NCBI GenBank assembly: GCA_963810095.1
Contig: CAWEMM010000006.1
Coordinates: 256,001-320,000 of the forward strand
Source of the DNA: an uncultured Chloroflexia bacterium
Lineage (GTDB): Bacteria; Chloroflexota; Anaerolineae; CG2-30-64-16
DNA length: 64,000 bases
Reading direction: 5' to 3'
Shown here piece by piece: positions 54,082 to 63,480 of this stretch; within the stretch, counting starts at the first letter, position 1; each line of letters begins with the position of its first letter. The position numbers and the translations under genes were made by a program. The notes under the pieces are model-generated. The model was not told where the DNA came from, ran no database searches, and saw nothing but the letters and a program-made list of their open reading frames with translations.

Positions 54082-56847
54082 ATGACCAGTTTCGAAATGC
54101 CGAAGACCTACGATCCCAGCGCATCCGAGCGCCGGATCTACGATTGGTGGGAGTCATCGGGCTTTTTCAAGCCGGAGATAGCGCCGGCCGACGCCAAGCC
54201 GTTCGTGATCTCCATCCCGCCGCCGAACATTACGGGCGAACTGCACCTGGGCCACGTGATGTTCGTGTCACTCGAGGACCTGATGATCCGGTACAAGCGC
54301 ATGCGCGGTTATGCCGCCTTGTGGGTGCCGGGCTACGACCACGCGGGCATCGCGACGCAGCTCCAGGTGGAGAAGATGCTGAGCCGTGAGGGGCTGCGCC
54401 GGCAGGACATCGGCCGCGCCGAGTTCCTGCGGCGGACGTGGGAGTGGAAGGACAAGTACGGCGACCACATCGTGCGTCAACTGCGGCGACTCGGCGCGTC
54501 CTGCGACTGGGACCGGATGCGCTTCACGATGGATGAGGGCCTCAGCCGCGCCGTGCGCGAGGCGTTCGTGCGGCTCTACCGCATGGGGCTGATCTACCGC
54601 GGGGAGTATCTGATCAACTGGTCGCCGGGCCTGCAAACCGCGGTCAGCGATCTCGAGGTGGAGTACAGCGAGGAAGAGGCGACCCTCTACTATTTCAAGT
54701 ACCCGATTGCCGGCGCCAACCTCGACGACGGGCCGGGCAAGGGCTACATTCCGGTGGCGACCACCCGGCCCGAGACCATCCTGGGCGACACCGCGGTGGC
54801 CGTGCATCCCGACGACGAACGCTACAAGCACCTGATCGGCGCCACCTGCCTGGTGCCCCTTCTCAAGCGCACAATCCCGGTGATCCATGATACTTACGTA
54901 GACATGGGGTTCGGCACGGGCGCGCTCAAGATCACCCCGGGACACGACCCGAACGACTTCGAGATCGGCCAGCGCCACGGCCTGCAAATCATCGGCATGC
55001 TCGACAAAGACGCGAAGGTGAACGCGGCCGGCGGTCCTTATGCCGGCATGGACCGCTTTGAAGCGCGCAAGAAACTGTGGGCCGACATGGAAGCAGCGGG
55101 CCTCACCATCAAGACCGAGGCGTATCGGACCCAGGTGCCCCGGTCGCAGCGTGGCGGCGAAATCGTCGAGCCGATGGTCAGCACGCAGTGGTTCGTGAAG
55201 ATCAAGCCGATGGCCGACATGGGCCTCGAGGCCGTGCGCTCTGGCCGGATCGAGATCATCCCGGAGCGCTTCACGAAGGTGTACTATAACTGGCTGGAGA
55301 ACATCCGCGACTGGTGCATCAGCCGGCAGCTGTGGTGGGGCCACCGCATCCCGGCCTGGCACTGCGCGGACTGCGGCCACACCACCGTGGCCAAGACCGA
55401 CCCCGACCGGTGCGAGAACTGCGGTTCGGCCCACATCGAGCAGGACCCCGACGTGCTGGACACCTGGTTCTCGTCTGGCCTGTGGCCCTTCTCGACGCTC
55501 GGCTGGCCCGACGACACGCCGGACCTGCGCCGTTTCTACCCCACGACGGTCATGGAGACAGGCTACGACATCCTGTTCTTCTGGGTGGCGCGCATGATCA
55601 TGCAAGGGCTGCTGTACACCAATGACATCCCCTTCGAGACGGTGTATCTGCACGGGATGGTGCGCGACGACCAGGGCCGCAAGATGTCGAAGACGACCGG
55701 CAACGTGCTCGATCCGATCGCCTTGCTCGACGGCGCGGCTCGCGACGAGCTCGGCGACTACCTCCAGCGCCAGTATCCGGAAGGCATCCCGGCCATGGGG
55801 GCAGACGCGCTTCGCTTCACGCTGCTAACGGGATCGGCGCCCGGCGCAGACATGAACCTCAGCCTGCAGCGGGTGGAAGGCAACCGGAACTTCACGAACA
55901 AGATCTGGAATGCGACCCGCTACATCCTGTCGCAGCTGGGCGAGCGCCCGCCGACGGACATCGATCTGGAACACGAAACCCTCGATCTCCCCGAACGCTG
56001 GATCCTGAGCCGCCTGTCGGATACCCTCGCGGACGCGACCCGGCTGATGGACACGTTTCAGTTCGGCGAGGCTGGCCGGCAAATCTACGACTTCTTCTGG
56101 AGCGAGTTCTGCGACTGGTATCTCGAAATCAGCAAGATCGCGATCTACCGCGGCTCGCTCGAGGCCAAGGCGCGCACCCAGGCCGTGCTGGTCAAGGTGT
56201 TGGACGAGTCCTTGCGGATGCTGCATCCCTTCATCCCATACGTGACGGAAGAGACGTGGGGGTATCTGAAGCAGGCCTGCGCGGGTGGGGCCGGGGAGGG
56301 CGCGGCCGGCGCGGCCGCCTGGCCGGCCGGTCTCATCGTCGCGCCCTGGCCCACGACCGCGCGCAGCGATGACGCGGCCGAGTCGGAGATGGGCTTGATC
56401 ATGGACATGGTCCGGGCGATCCGCAATGCGCGGGCCGAGTACGACGTCAAACCCGGCCAGCAGCTTCACGCAAGCATCTCGGCCGGCGACCGGGCGCCGC
56501 AGCTCAAGGCCAACGCCGAAATCCTGTGCACGCTCGCCCGGCTCGATCCGGCGCAGCTCACCGTGGCCGAGCGGCTGGAAGCGCCCGCCCAGGCGCTGAC
56601 GCTGGTGACGGGTGCGGTGACAACCTACTTGCCCCTGGCCGATCTGATCGACTTTGAGGCAGAACGGCGGCGGCTCGCGAAGGAGTTGGAAGAGACAGAA
56701 TCCCAGCTCGTGCGCACCCGCGGGCTGCTCGACGGGCCGTTTGCCCAGCGCGCGCCGGCGAACGTGGTCCAGCGGGAGCGGGAGAAACTCGGCGAGCTCG
56801 AGGGACGCGCGCTCCGGCTGCGCGAGCGACTGGCAGACTTAACGTAA
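54082..56847 (+). CDS. valS: Valine--tRNA ligase
   Basis: PPPNITGELHLGH, DWCISRQLWWGHRIP, DVLDTWFSS, KMSKT, C-terminal coiled coil. Confidence 0.98.
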   Translation: MTSFEMPKTYDPSASERRIYDWWESSGFFKPEIAPADAKPFVISIPPPNITGELHLGHVMFVSLEDLMIRYKRMRGYAALWVPGYDHAGIATQLQVEKMLSREGLRRQDIGRAEFLRRTWEWKDKYGDHIVRQLRRLGASCDWDRMRFTMDEGLSRAVREAFVRLYRMGLIYRGEYLINWSPGLQTAVSDLEVEYSEEEATLYYFKYPIAGANLDDGPGKGYIPVATTRPETILGDTAVAVHPDDERYKHLIGATCLVPLLKRTIPVIHDTYVDMGFGTGALKITPGHDPNDFEIGQRHGLQIIGMLDKDAKVNAAGGPYAGMDRFEARKKLWADMEAAGLTIKTEAYRTQVPRSQRGGEIVEPMVSTQWFVKIKPMADMGLEAVRSGRIEIIPERFTKVYYNWLENIRDWCISRQLWWGHRIPAWHCADCGHTTVAKTDPDRCENCGSAHIEQDPDVLDTWFSSGLWPFSTLGWPDDTPDLRRFYPTTVMETGYDILFFWVARMIMQGLLYTNDIPFETVYLHGMVRDDQGRKMSKTTGNVLDPIALLDGAARDELGDYLQRQYPEGIPAMGADALRFTLLTGSAPGADMNLSLQRVEGNRNFTNKIWNATRYILSQLGERPPTDIDLEHETLDLPERWILSRLSDTLADATRLMDTFQFGEAGRQIYDFFWSEFCDWYLEISKIAIYRGSLEAKARTQAVLVKVLDESLRMLHPFIPYVTEETWGYLKQACAGGAGEGAAGAAAWPAGLIVAPWPTTARSDDAAESEMGLIMDMVRAIRNARAEYDVKPGQQLHASISAGDRAPQLKANAEILCTLARLDPAQLTVAERLEAPAQALTLVTGAVTTYLPLADLIDFEAERRRLAKELEETESQLVRTRGLLDGPFAQRAPANVVQREREKLGELEGRALRLRERLADLT

Positions 56848-56863
56848 GGCGGAAGCTAAACGC

Positions 56864-56962
56864 AACCACAAAGGCACCAAGACACGAAGGCTCCCAAAGG
56901 CGAGCGGCCGGCCGTCGGCGAGAGCTGTGCGTGACCTTGTGTCTTGATGCCTTTGTGGTGAG
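56864..56962. repeat. REP-like inverted repeat, family A
   Basis: accacaaaggcaccaagacacgaagg ... ccttgtgtcttgatgcctttgtggt. Confidence 0.75.
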
Positions 56963-57044
56963 CAGCGCGCTGCGGCGAGCAGGCCGCGCAACTATTTGGG
57001 CCATCTTCGAATTTTCTATCCGACTCGGTACTTCCGCACAAAAA

Positions 57045-57062
57045 ATGTGACGTCTTTCACAT
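57045..57062. promoter_or_regulatory. CRP/FNR- or Rex-type palindromic operator
   Basis: ATGTGA-cgtctt-TCACAT (TGTGA-N6-TCACA) in an AT-rich stretch. Confidence 0.6.
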
Positions 57063-57386
57063 GATGAAGATCATAGACTTGTGACGCCGATATGCGTAAC
57101 ATAGGGATGTAAGACAGGCGTATCAATCAGCGACTCATCGCGCATCGCACTTTCATCGCAGCAGCTCCGGTACGCCTGATCTTGAACTTCAGGCGTCTCC
57201 ACGCCTGGACGATGTCCCTGGTAACGAGAGGCTCGCTTCCCCCGTTTCATTACGGAAGCGCTCTTTCGCGCCAGGGACTTTTACTGTTATCCTTACAGGT
57301 GTCACGGTCGGGTTTTCCACGTAGATCAGGCGCGCGTCCGTGACCTTTGCATCGAACAAGATGTCATCGCGAGGAGCAATAGCTGA

Positions 57387-57648
57387 ATGAGCGAACCGAT
57401 CGTGACGATTAGTGGGCAACGCGTCTGATCCACGGGGCCAAACCCCCGAAGCAGGCACTTCCTCTGAGCGGGGCGAACCAATCGACACGCAGGGCCGGCC
57501 CGTCTGGCTGACGGAAATGTCGCCCAGCGGCTGGGCAAGCGGCGGCAACGAGGAGACCTTCGAAGCCGGGCTGCCGTTCCTGGCCGGCCTGGTCGTCGTC
57601 GTCGCGCTTGTCGTCACCGTGCTCCTGATCCTGACTCGCCGCCGCTGA
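57387..57648 (+). CDS. Small single-pass membrane protein; start probably ATG 57387 with a frameshift near 57415
   Basis: RBS aggag then MSEPIVTIS; ORF 57412-57648 ends LAGLVVVVALVVTVLLILTRRR. Confidence 0.45.
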
Positions 57649-57812
57649 TCGTCTATCTCTGCAACGCTTCGTGAAAAAATACACCGCATAAACCATGACG
57701 AGCGTCATATAGTGCGCAAAGTTACAGGGCTTATAATGCATGTCTGCGACTTTCTGCACTATTTCACCATGCCGTAGTGCCATCTGAAGAACCATACGGA
57801 GGAGTAACCACG

Positions 57813-58913
57813 ATGACCCTTGCTTGCCCAGGCAGGCATCCCGTCCGGTGGTTGATCGTAGCGGGGCTGGCCGCCCTGCTTTTTGCCGCACTTGCCGCGG
57901 GCGCCAGCGCTCAAGCGGAAGGCGGGGATAACGCCACCTGTCTCGGCTGCCACTCGAACCCCGGGTTGAGCGTTGAGCTCGCCAGCGGTGAGACACTGCC
58001 GCTCACTGTGGATCCCCAGGTGTATCACTCATCTGTCCACGCAAACCTGACGTGTACGTCGTGCCATACGAACATCTCGGGTTACCCGCATCCCAAGCTG
58101 ACCGCGGGCGACCGCCGCTCGTTCCAACTCGAGCGCTACCAGCAGTGCAAGACCTGTCACCAGGACCAGTACATGCAGTCGCTGGACAGCAACCACGCTC
58201 GGGCACTTGCCGCGGGTAATCGGACCGCGGCAATCTGCACGGACTGCCACGGCGCACATAACGTCACCAAACCGGACCAGCCGCGCCAAAAGGTCTCCGA
58301 GACCTGCAAGAAGTGCCATAGCGTCATCCAGGACCAGTACGCGCACAGCGTCCACGGTGCGGCTCTCACAGACAACAGCAATCCCGACGTACCCGTCTGC
58401 ACCGACTGCCATGGCGCACACACGCAGGAAGACCCCACCACCGCCGCCTTCCGGCTCAAGTCGCCCAACATTTGCGGCGGCTGCCATGGCAATGCAGCCA
58501 TGATGCAGAAGTACGGCATTTCGACCGATGTCTTCAACACCTACGTGGCCGACTTCCACGGCACCACGGTCACGTTGTTTGAGAAGCAGCATCCGGATCA
58601 GCAGACCAACAAGGCCGTCTGCACCGACTGCCACGGCGTCCACAACATCCTCCCGGTCACCGATCAAAACGCGACGGTGGTCAAGGAGAACCTGCTGGCG
58701 ACGTGCAAGCGCTGCCATCCGGACGCGACGGCCAACTTCCCGAGCAGCTGGGTCGGCCACTTCCAGCCCAGCCGCACGAACCAGCCCTTGGTCTACTACG
58801 TGAACCTTTTCTATAAACTCCTGATTCCGGCCGTAATCGGCGGCATGGCGCTGTTCGTCGGTCTCGACGCAGTGAGCCGAATCGTCCGCCGCGTGCGGCG
58901 AAAGGGGGCGTGA
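57813..58913 (+). CDS. Nonaheme cytochrome c (signal peptide, C-terminal TM anchor), CbcL c-domain-like
   Basis: Nine CxxCH: CLGCH, CTSCH, CKTCH, CTDCH, CKKCH, CTDCH, CGGCH, CTDCH, CKRCH; RBS ggagg. Confidence 0.92.
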   Translation: MTLACPGRHPVRWLIVAGLAALLFAALAAGASAQAEGGDNATCLGCHSNPGLSVELASGETLPLTVDPQVYHSSVHANLTCTSCHTNISGYPHPKLTAGDRRSFQLERYQQCKTCHQDQYMQSLDSNHARALAAGNRTAAICTDCHGAHNVTKPDQPRQKVSETCKKCHSVIQDQYAHSVHGAALTDNSNPDVPVCTDCHGAHTQEDPTTAAFRLKSPNICGGCHGNAAMMQKYGISTDVFNTYVADFHGTTVTLFEKQHPDQQTNKAVCTDCHGVHNILPVTDQNATVVKENLLATCKRCHPDATANFPSSWVGHFQPSRTNQPLVYYVNLFYKLLIPAVIGGMALFVGLDAVSRIVRRVRRKGA

Positions 58914-58916
58914 TCC

Positions 58917-60602
58917 ATGGCGACCGCACAGACGACTGACAATCACGTCCCAAGCAAGACCTACTTCGAGCGTTTCACGCTGGCGCAGCGGATCGAGCAC
59001 ATCGTGCTGCTCGCCTCCTTTACCGCGCTGGCGCTCACCGGCCTCCCCCAGAAGTTCGCAGGGAACGCTGTTGCCGATACCCTCATCGCCTGGATGGGCG
59101 GGATCGAGGCGGTGCGCATCATCCACCGCATCGCCGCGGTGACCATCGTGCTGATGAGCGTGTATCACGTCATTGTCCTGGGCTACAAGATCTGGGTGCG
59201 CCGCGTCGAGATGACGATGCTGCCCGGCCTGAAAGACCTGACGGACGCACTCGACCTGGTGCTCTACAACCTGGGGCTCAACAAGTCACACCCCCGCATG
59301 CCGCGGTACAACTTCGGTGAGAAGGTCGAGTATTGGGCCATGGTGTGGGGCACGGTGGTCATGGCAATCACCGGGTTCATGCTGTGGAACCCCATCTCGA
59401 CCACTCGCTACCTGCCCGGCCAGGTTATCCCGGCCGCGAAGGCAGCACACGGCGGCGAGGCCGTGCTTGCCGTGCTGGCGATCCTCATCTGGCACTTCTA
59501 TAACGTGCACGTAAAGAGCCTGAACAAGAGCATGTTCAACGGCAAGATGTCGAAGCACCAGATGGAAGAAGAGCACGGCCACGAGCTGGAACAACGGCTG
59601 GCCGGCGAGACCCGACCCGCGCCGGATCCGGCGGGCGTGCGGCGCCGCGAGCGCATCTACCTGCCCGTTGCCATCGTGTTGGCGTTGATCGGCATCTTTG
59701 CCGTCTACCAGTTCGCCACCTTCGAGCAAACCGCGATTGCGACGCTGCCCGCGCCGATCGAGCGCCAGGAGGTCTTCACACCTCTCACGCCGACACCCGG
59801 CCCGAGCTTGACGCAGGTCGCGGCTGCGCTGATCCCGCACCCGATCAAGGGCCAGGAGCAGTGTGACACGTGCCACGGCCCGAACGGGATGAAGCCTTTC
59901 CCGGCGGATCACGCGGGCCGGCCAAACGAGTCGTGCACCGTCTGCCACCAGCCGGGTCCGACGCCAACGCCGGGCGCGGCCACGGAAACGGGCGGCCAAG
60001 CCGGCGTGCCAGCGGCCATCCCGCATCCGATCGAAGGCGATACCTACAAGGATTGCACGACGTGCCACGGCGAGGGCAAGATCAAGCCGTTCCCGGCCAA
60101 TCACACGTCCTTCCCCGTCGATTCGTGCACGGGCTGCCATAAGCCGGCCGCCAGCGGCGCGGCAACGCCAGAAGCTGCGGCTTCGCCGGCCGCGGGTGCT
60201 ACGGCAACGAGCGGCCAGGCCGCCGGTCCGGCCGCCATCCCGCATCCCATCGAAGGCGACATGTACAAGGACTGCACGACGTGCCACGGCGAAGGCAAGC
60301 TGAAGCCGTACCCGGCGAACCACACGTCGTTCACGGTGGATCAGTGCACGAGCTGCCACAAGCCGGCCGACACAACCGGGGCCACGGGCAGTAGCGGTTC
60401 GACCGGCGGTTCGACCGGCGGGACGAGCGGCGGCGCAGCGGCTGCGGCGCCCGTCATCCCGGCCAACCACGACCTGACCAGCCCGCTGTTCAAGGACTGC
60501 ACGACCTGCCACGGCGAGGGCAAGCTGAAGCCATTCCCGGCGAACCACGCAAGCTTCACCGTGGAGCAGTGCCAGACTTGCCATAAGCCGGCGGCGCAGT
60601 AG
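58917..60602 (+). CDS. FdnI/HydC-like cytochrome b fused to four diheme cytochrome c repeats (8 CxxCH)
   Basis: ERF..AQRIEH, IIHR, RYNFGEKVEYW, AHGGEAVLA...IWHFY; fifth TM helix; four repeats IPH...CxxCH...P.NH...CxxCH. Confidence 0.9.
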   Translation: MATAQTTDNHVPSKTYFERFTLAQRIEHIVLLASFTALALTGLPQKFAGNAVADTLIAWMGGIEAVRIIHRIAAVTIVLMSVYHVIVLGYKIWVRRVEMTMLPGLKDLTDALDLVLYNLGLNKSHPRMPRYNFGEKVEYWAMVWGTVVMAITGFMLWNPISTTRYLPGQVIPAAKAAHGGEAVLAVLAILIWHFYNVHVKSLNKSMFNGKMSKHQMEEEHGHELEQRLAGETRPAPDPAGVRRRERIYLPVAIVLALIGIFAVYQFATFEQTAIATLPAPIERQEVFTPLTPTPGPSLTQVAAALIPHPIKGQEQCDTCHGPNGMKPFPADHAGRPNESCTVCHQPGPTPTPGAATETGGQAGVPAAIPHPIEGDTYKDCTTCHGEGKIKPFPANHTSFPVDSCTGCHKPAASGAATPEAAASPAAGATATSGQAAGPAAIPHPIEGDMYKDCTTCHGEGKLKPYPANHTSFTVDQCTSCHKPADTTGATGSSGSTGGSTGGTSGGAAAAAPVIPANHDLTSPLFKDCTTCHGEGKLKPFPANHASFTVEQCQTCHKPAAQ

Positions 60603-60617
60603 GCGCGATAAGCAATA

Positions 60618-60710
60618 AGACCTGGTTTCTTCACGAAACCAGGTCTCCGGCAGACGATGATAAGAACCAGGTTCCTCTCGCCAATGGCGCCGAGAGGAAC
60701 CTGTTTTGTT
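60618..60710. repeat. Family B palindromes between convergent genes (possible terminator)
   Basis: agacctggtttc-ttcac-gaaaccaggtct and caggttcctctcg...cgagaggaacctg. Confidence 0.65.
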
Positions 60711-60716
60711 TTTGGC

Positions 60717-61745
60717 CTATGGCAGGATCACGGTTCGCACCTCGCCGCCCCAGCGCTCGAGCGCATCGAGCGTCGCGTTGACCCGCCCGGCCTCCAGCGG
60801 CACGGTCTGCGTCACCACGTGCGACAGGTTCAGCACGCCCCGCCGTGCAAAATCCATCAGCAGCGGGAACTCCTGCAGCAGGTGATCGGACACGCCGACG
60901 ATCTCCGCCTCCCGGCCGATGACCTCCTGGTACGAATCCACCTCGAACGGCTTGCGCGTGATGCCCGCCAGCGCCGCGCGGCCCTGCACAGCCAGCACCT
61001 GTACGGCCTGGCGCATCGTGAGGGGCAGGCCGATCAGCTCCAGGCTGACGTCGACCCCCCGCCCGCCGGTCAGCTGGCGCACCAGCTCGACCGGGTCGGC
61101 GCCCGCGGCATCGACCGGGATTGCGCCGAAGCTGGCCGCGAGGACGAGCTTCTCCCGGTTCAGGTCGACCGCATATACCTCGGCGGCGCCAAGTCCCTTG
61201 GCCAACTGGATGGCCGACATGCCAAGCCCGCCCGCACCGAACACCGCGACCGTCTCGCCTGGCTGCAGCCTTGCCTTGCGCAGCGCGTGAAATGAGGTCG
61301 ACGACGAGCACATCATAATCGCGCCCGCCTCGAACGAGACCTGCTCGGGCAGGGGCACGATGCCCCGCTCGGGGACGGCGATGTACTCCGCATAGCCCCC
61401 GTCGCGGTGCTTCCCCAGCATCTTGCCCGTCTCGCAGAATTGCTCCTGCCCGCGGTTGCAGTGCTGGCACTGCCCGCAGGTGACCAGGTAATGGAGCGCG
61501 ACGCGATCGCCGATGCGGGTGCGCGTCGTACCGGGCCCGAGCGCTTCGACGATGCCCGCAACCTCGTGGCCGAGCGTGAGGGGCAGCGGCCCCGCGTAAG
61601 ACGCACCGCCGCGATAGTGCGCGTCGGAGTGGCAAATGCCTGCTGCCTTAATGCGCACGAGCACTTCGCCGTGCTCTGGTGTGGGCGTCGGAGTTTCCTG
61701 GTCCTCCAGCGGTTTGCCAATTTCAGTTAGTCGAACTGCTTTCAA
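60717..61745 (-). CDS. Zinc-dependent alcohol dehydrogenase (MDR family)
   Basis: GICHSD, LGHEVAG, CGQCQHCNRGQEQFC, GAGGLG. Confidence 0.93.
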   Translation of the reverse strand: MKAVRLTEIGKPLEDQETPTPTPEHGEVLVRIKAAGICHSDAHYRGGASYAGPLPLTLGHEVAGIVEALGPGTTRTRIGDRVALHYLVTCGQCQHCNRGQEQFCETGKMLGKHRDGGYAEYIAVPERGIVPLPEQVSFEAGAIMMCSSSTSFHALRKARLQPGETVAVFGAGGLGMSAIQLAKGLGAAEVYAVDLNREKLVLAASFGAIPVDAAGADPVELVRQLTGGRGVDVSLELIGLPLTMRQAVQVLAVQGRAALAGITRKPFEVDSYQEVIGREAEIVGVSDHLLQEFPLLMDFARRGVLNLSHVVTQTVPLEAGRVNATLDALERWGGEVRTVILP

Positions 61746-61808
61746 GATTCAATCCTCCATGTTATCTTTGAACGGGTGCAAGGCCCATGATATAATAGGG
61801 GGAAATCT

Positions 61809-61943
61809 ACCACAAAGACACCAGGACGCGAAGGTCAGGCGTGCCAGAAACCCGGTCTCAACCGCCAGCTTCGCCGGCGCAGAAGACCCGGTTTCTTTGT
61901 CGTTCGTACGTCGTTCAGCTTCGTGTCTTGGTGTCTTTGTGGC
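61809..61943. repeat. Composite element: family A inverted repeat enclosing a family B palindrome
   Basis: ccacaaagacaccaggacgcgaag ... [gaaacccggtct ... agacccggtttc] ... cttcgtgtcttggtgtctttgtgg. Confidence 0.75.
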
Positions 61944-61974
61944 AAGTACACCTTTCCCGCGATGAGGACTTCCC

Positions 61975-63402
61975 ATGCCCAAGATCACCCTTATCGGCGC
62001 CGGCAGCACGGTCTTCGCCAAGAACCTCCTTGGCGACATCCTGGCCTACCCGGAACTTGGCGACGCGACGATTGCGCTGCACGACATCGATCCGCAGCGC
62101 CTGAACACCACCAAGAATGTGGCGGAACGGCTGGCCCAGGGCCGCGGCGCGCACCCCCGGATCGAAACCCACCTCGATCGCTGCGCCGCGCTCGAAGGCG
62201 CCGACTACGCCATCTCCATGTTCCAGATCGGCGGCTACCGCCCGTCGACCGTCGTCGACTTTGAAATCCCGAAGAAGTATGGCCTGCGGCAGACGATCGG
62301 GGACACGCTCGGCATCGGCGGGATCATGCGCGGCCTGCGCACCATCCCCGTATTCCTCGATATTGCCCGGGACATGGAGCAGGTGTGCCCGGATGCATGG
62401 CTGCTGAATTACGTGAACCCCATGGCAATCATTACGTGGGCCATCCAAAAGGCGACGAAGATCAAGAACGTCGGGCTGTGTCACAGCGTGCAAGGGACGG
62501 CGGAACACCTGGCGGAAGACATCAACGTGCCGGTGGACGAAATACGCTACACCTGTGCGGGCATCAACCACATGGCCTTCTACCTGAACTTCTGGCGCCG
62601 TACGCCCGACGGCGGCGTGGAAGACCTCTACCCGCGCATCCACCAGGTCGTCGAAGAGGGCCGCGTCCCGGAACACAACCGCGTGCGTTACGAGATGCTA
62701 AAGCGGCTGGGTTACTTCGTGACCGAGTCGAGCGAGCACTTTGCCGAGTACGTGCCGTGGTTCATCAAGCGCGACCGGCCCGACCTGATCGAGAAGTTCA
62801 ACATCCCGCTGGACGAGTACCTGCAGCGCTGCGAGTTTCAGATCGCAGGCTGGGAGTTCGTCCGCAAGCAGATGGAGAATCCCGCTGCCATCACCGATGC
62901 CGACATCCAGGCCTTTATCGATTTCATTCGCAGCCAGCCGGTCACTTCGGAGAAAATGGTCGAGGGTGCGATCGAGCAGGTGCTGGAGTTTGACAAGCCC
63001 AAGAAGAGCATGGAGTACGGATCGGGGATCATCCACAGCATCGAGACGAACACACCCCGGGTGATCTACGGCAATGTGCTCAATCACGGGCTGATCGACA
63101 ACCTGCCGCAAGGGTGCGCCGTGGAAGTGCCGTGCCTCGTCGACGCCAACGGGGTCCAGCCGACCCGGATCGGCGCGCTGCCCACCCACCTGGCCGCCTT
63201 GATGCGCACGCAGATTAACGTGCAGGAGCTGACCGTCGAAGCCGCGCTGACGGGCAAGCGCGAGGCCGTCTACCATGCGGCCATGCTCGACCCGCACACG
63301 GCCGCCGAGCTGGACCTGGATCAGATCTGGCATCTTGTGGATGACCTGATCGAAGCCCACGGCGACTGGCTGCCTGCGCTGAGTAAATGGCACGCAGATT
63401 GA
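61975..63402 (+). CDS. melA: Glycoside hydrolase family 4 alpha-galactosidase
   Basis: [73 protein letters not shown]. Confidence 0.93.
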   Translation: MPKITLIGAGSTVFAKNLLGDILAYPELGDATIALHDIDPQRLNTTKNVAERLAQGRGAHPRIETHLDRCAALEGADYAISMFQIGGYRPSTVVDFEIPKKYGLRQTIGDTLGIGGIMRGLRTIPVFLDIARDMEQVCPDAWLLNYVNPMAIITWAIQKATKIKNVGLCHSVQGTAEHLAEDINVPVDEIRYTCAGINHMAFYLNFWRRTPDGGVEDLYPRIHQVVEEGRVPEHNRVRYEMLKRLGYFVTESSEHFAEYVPWFIKRDRPDLIEKFNIPLDEYLQRCEFQIAGWEFVRKQMENPAAITDADIQAFIDFIRSQPVTSEKMVEGAIEQVLEFDKPKKSMEYGSGIIHSIETNTPRVIYGNVLNHGLIDNLPQGCAVEVPCLVDANGVQPTRIGALPTHLAALMRTQINVQELTVEAALTGKREAVYHAAMLDPHTAAELDLDQIWHLVDDLIEAHGDWLPALSKWHAD

Positions 63403-63474
63403 ACTGATTGAACTGGTCCTCATGCTCTTTGCCGACGGGATCATCGAATCAGTCAGATCAGTTCAATCTGCGTC
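63391..63474. repeat. 9-nt-periodic inverted repeat (family D)
   Basis: acgcagattgaactgattgaactg ... cagtcagatcagttcaatctgcgt, overlapping the melA stop. Confidence 0.65.
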
Positions 63475-63480
63475 CTGTCG

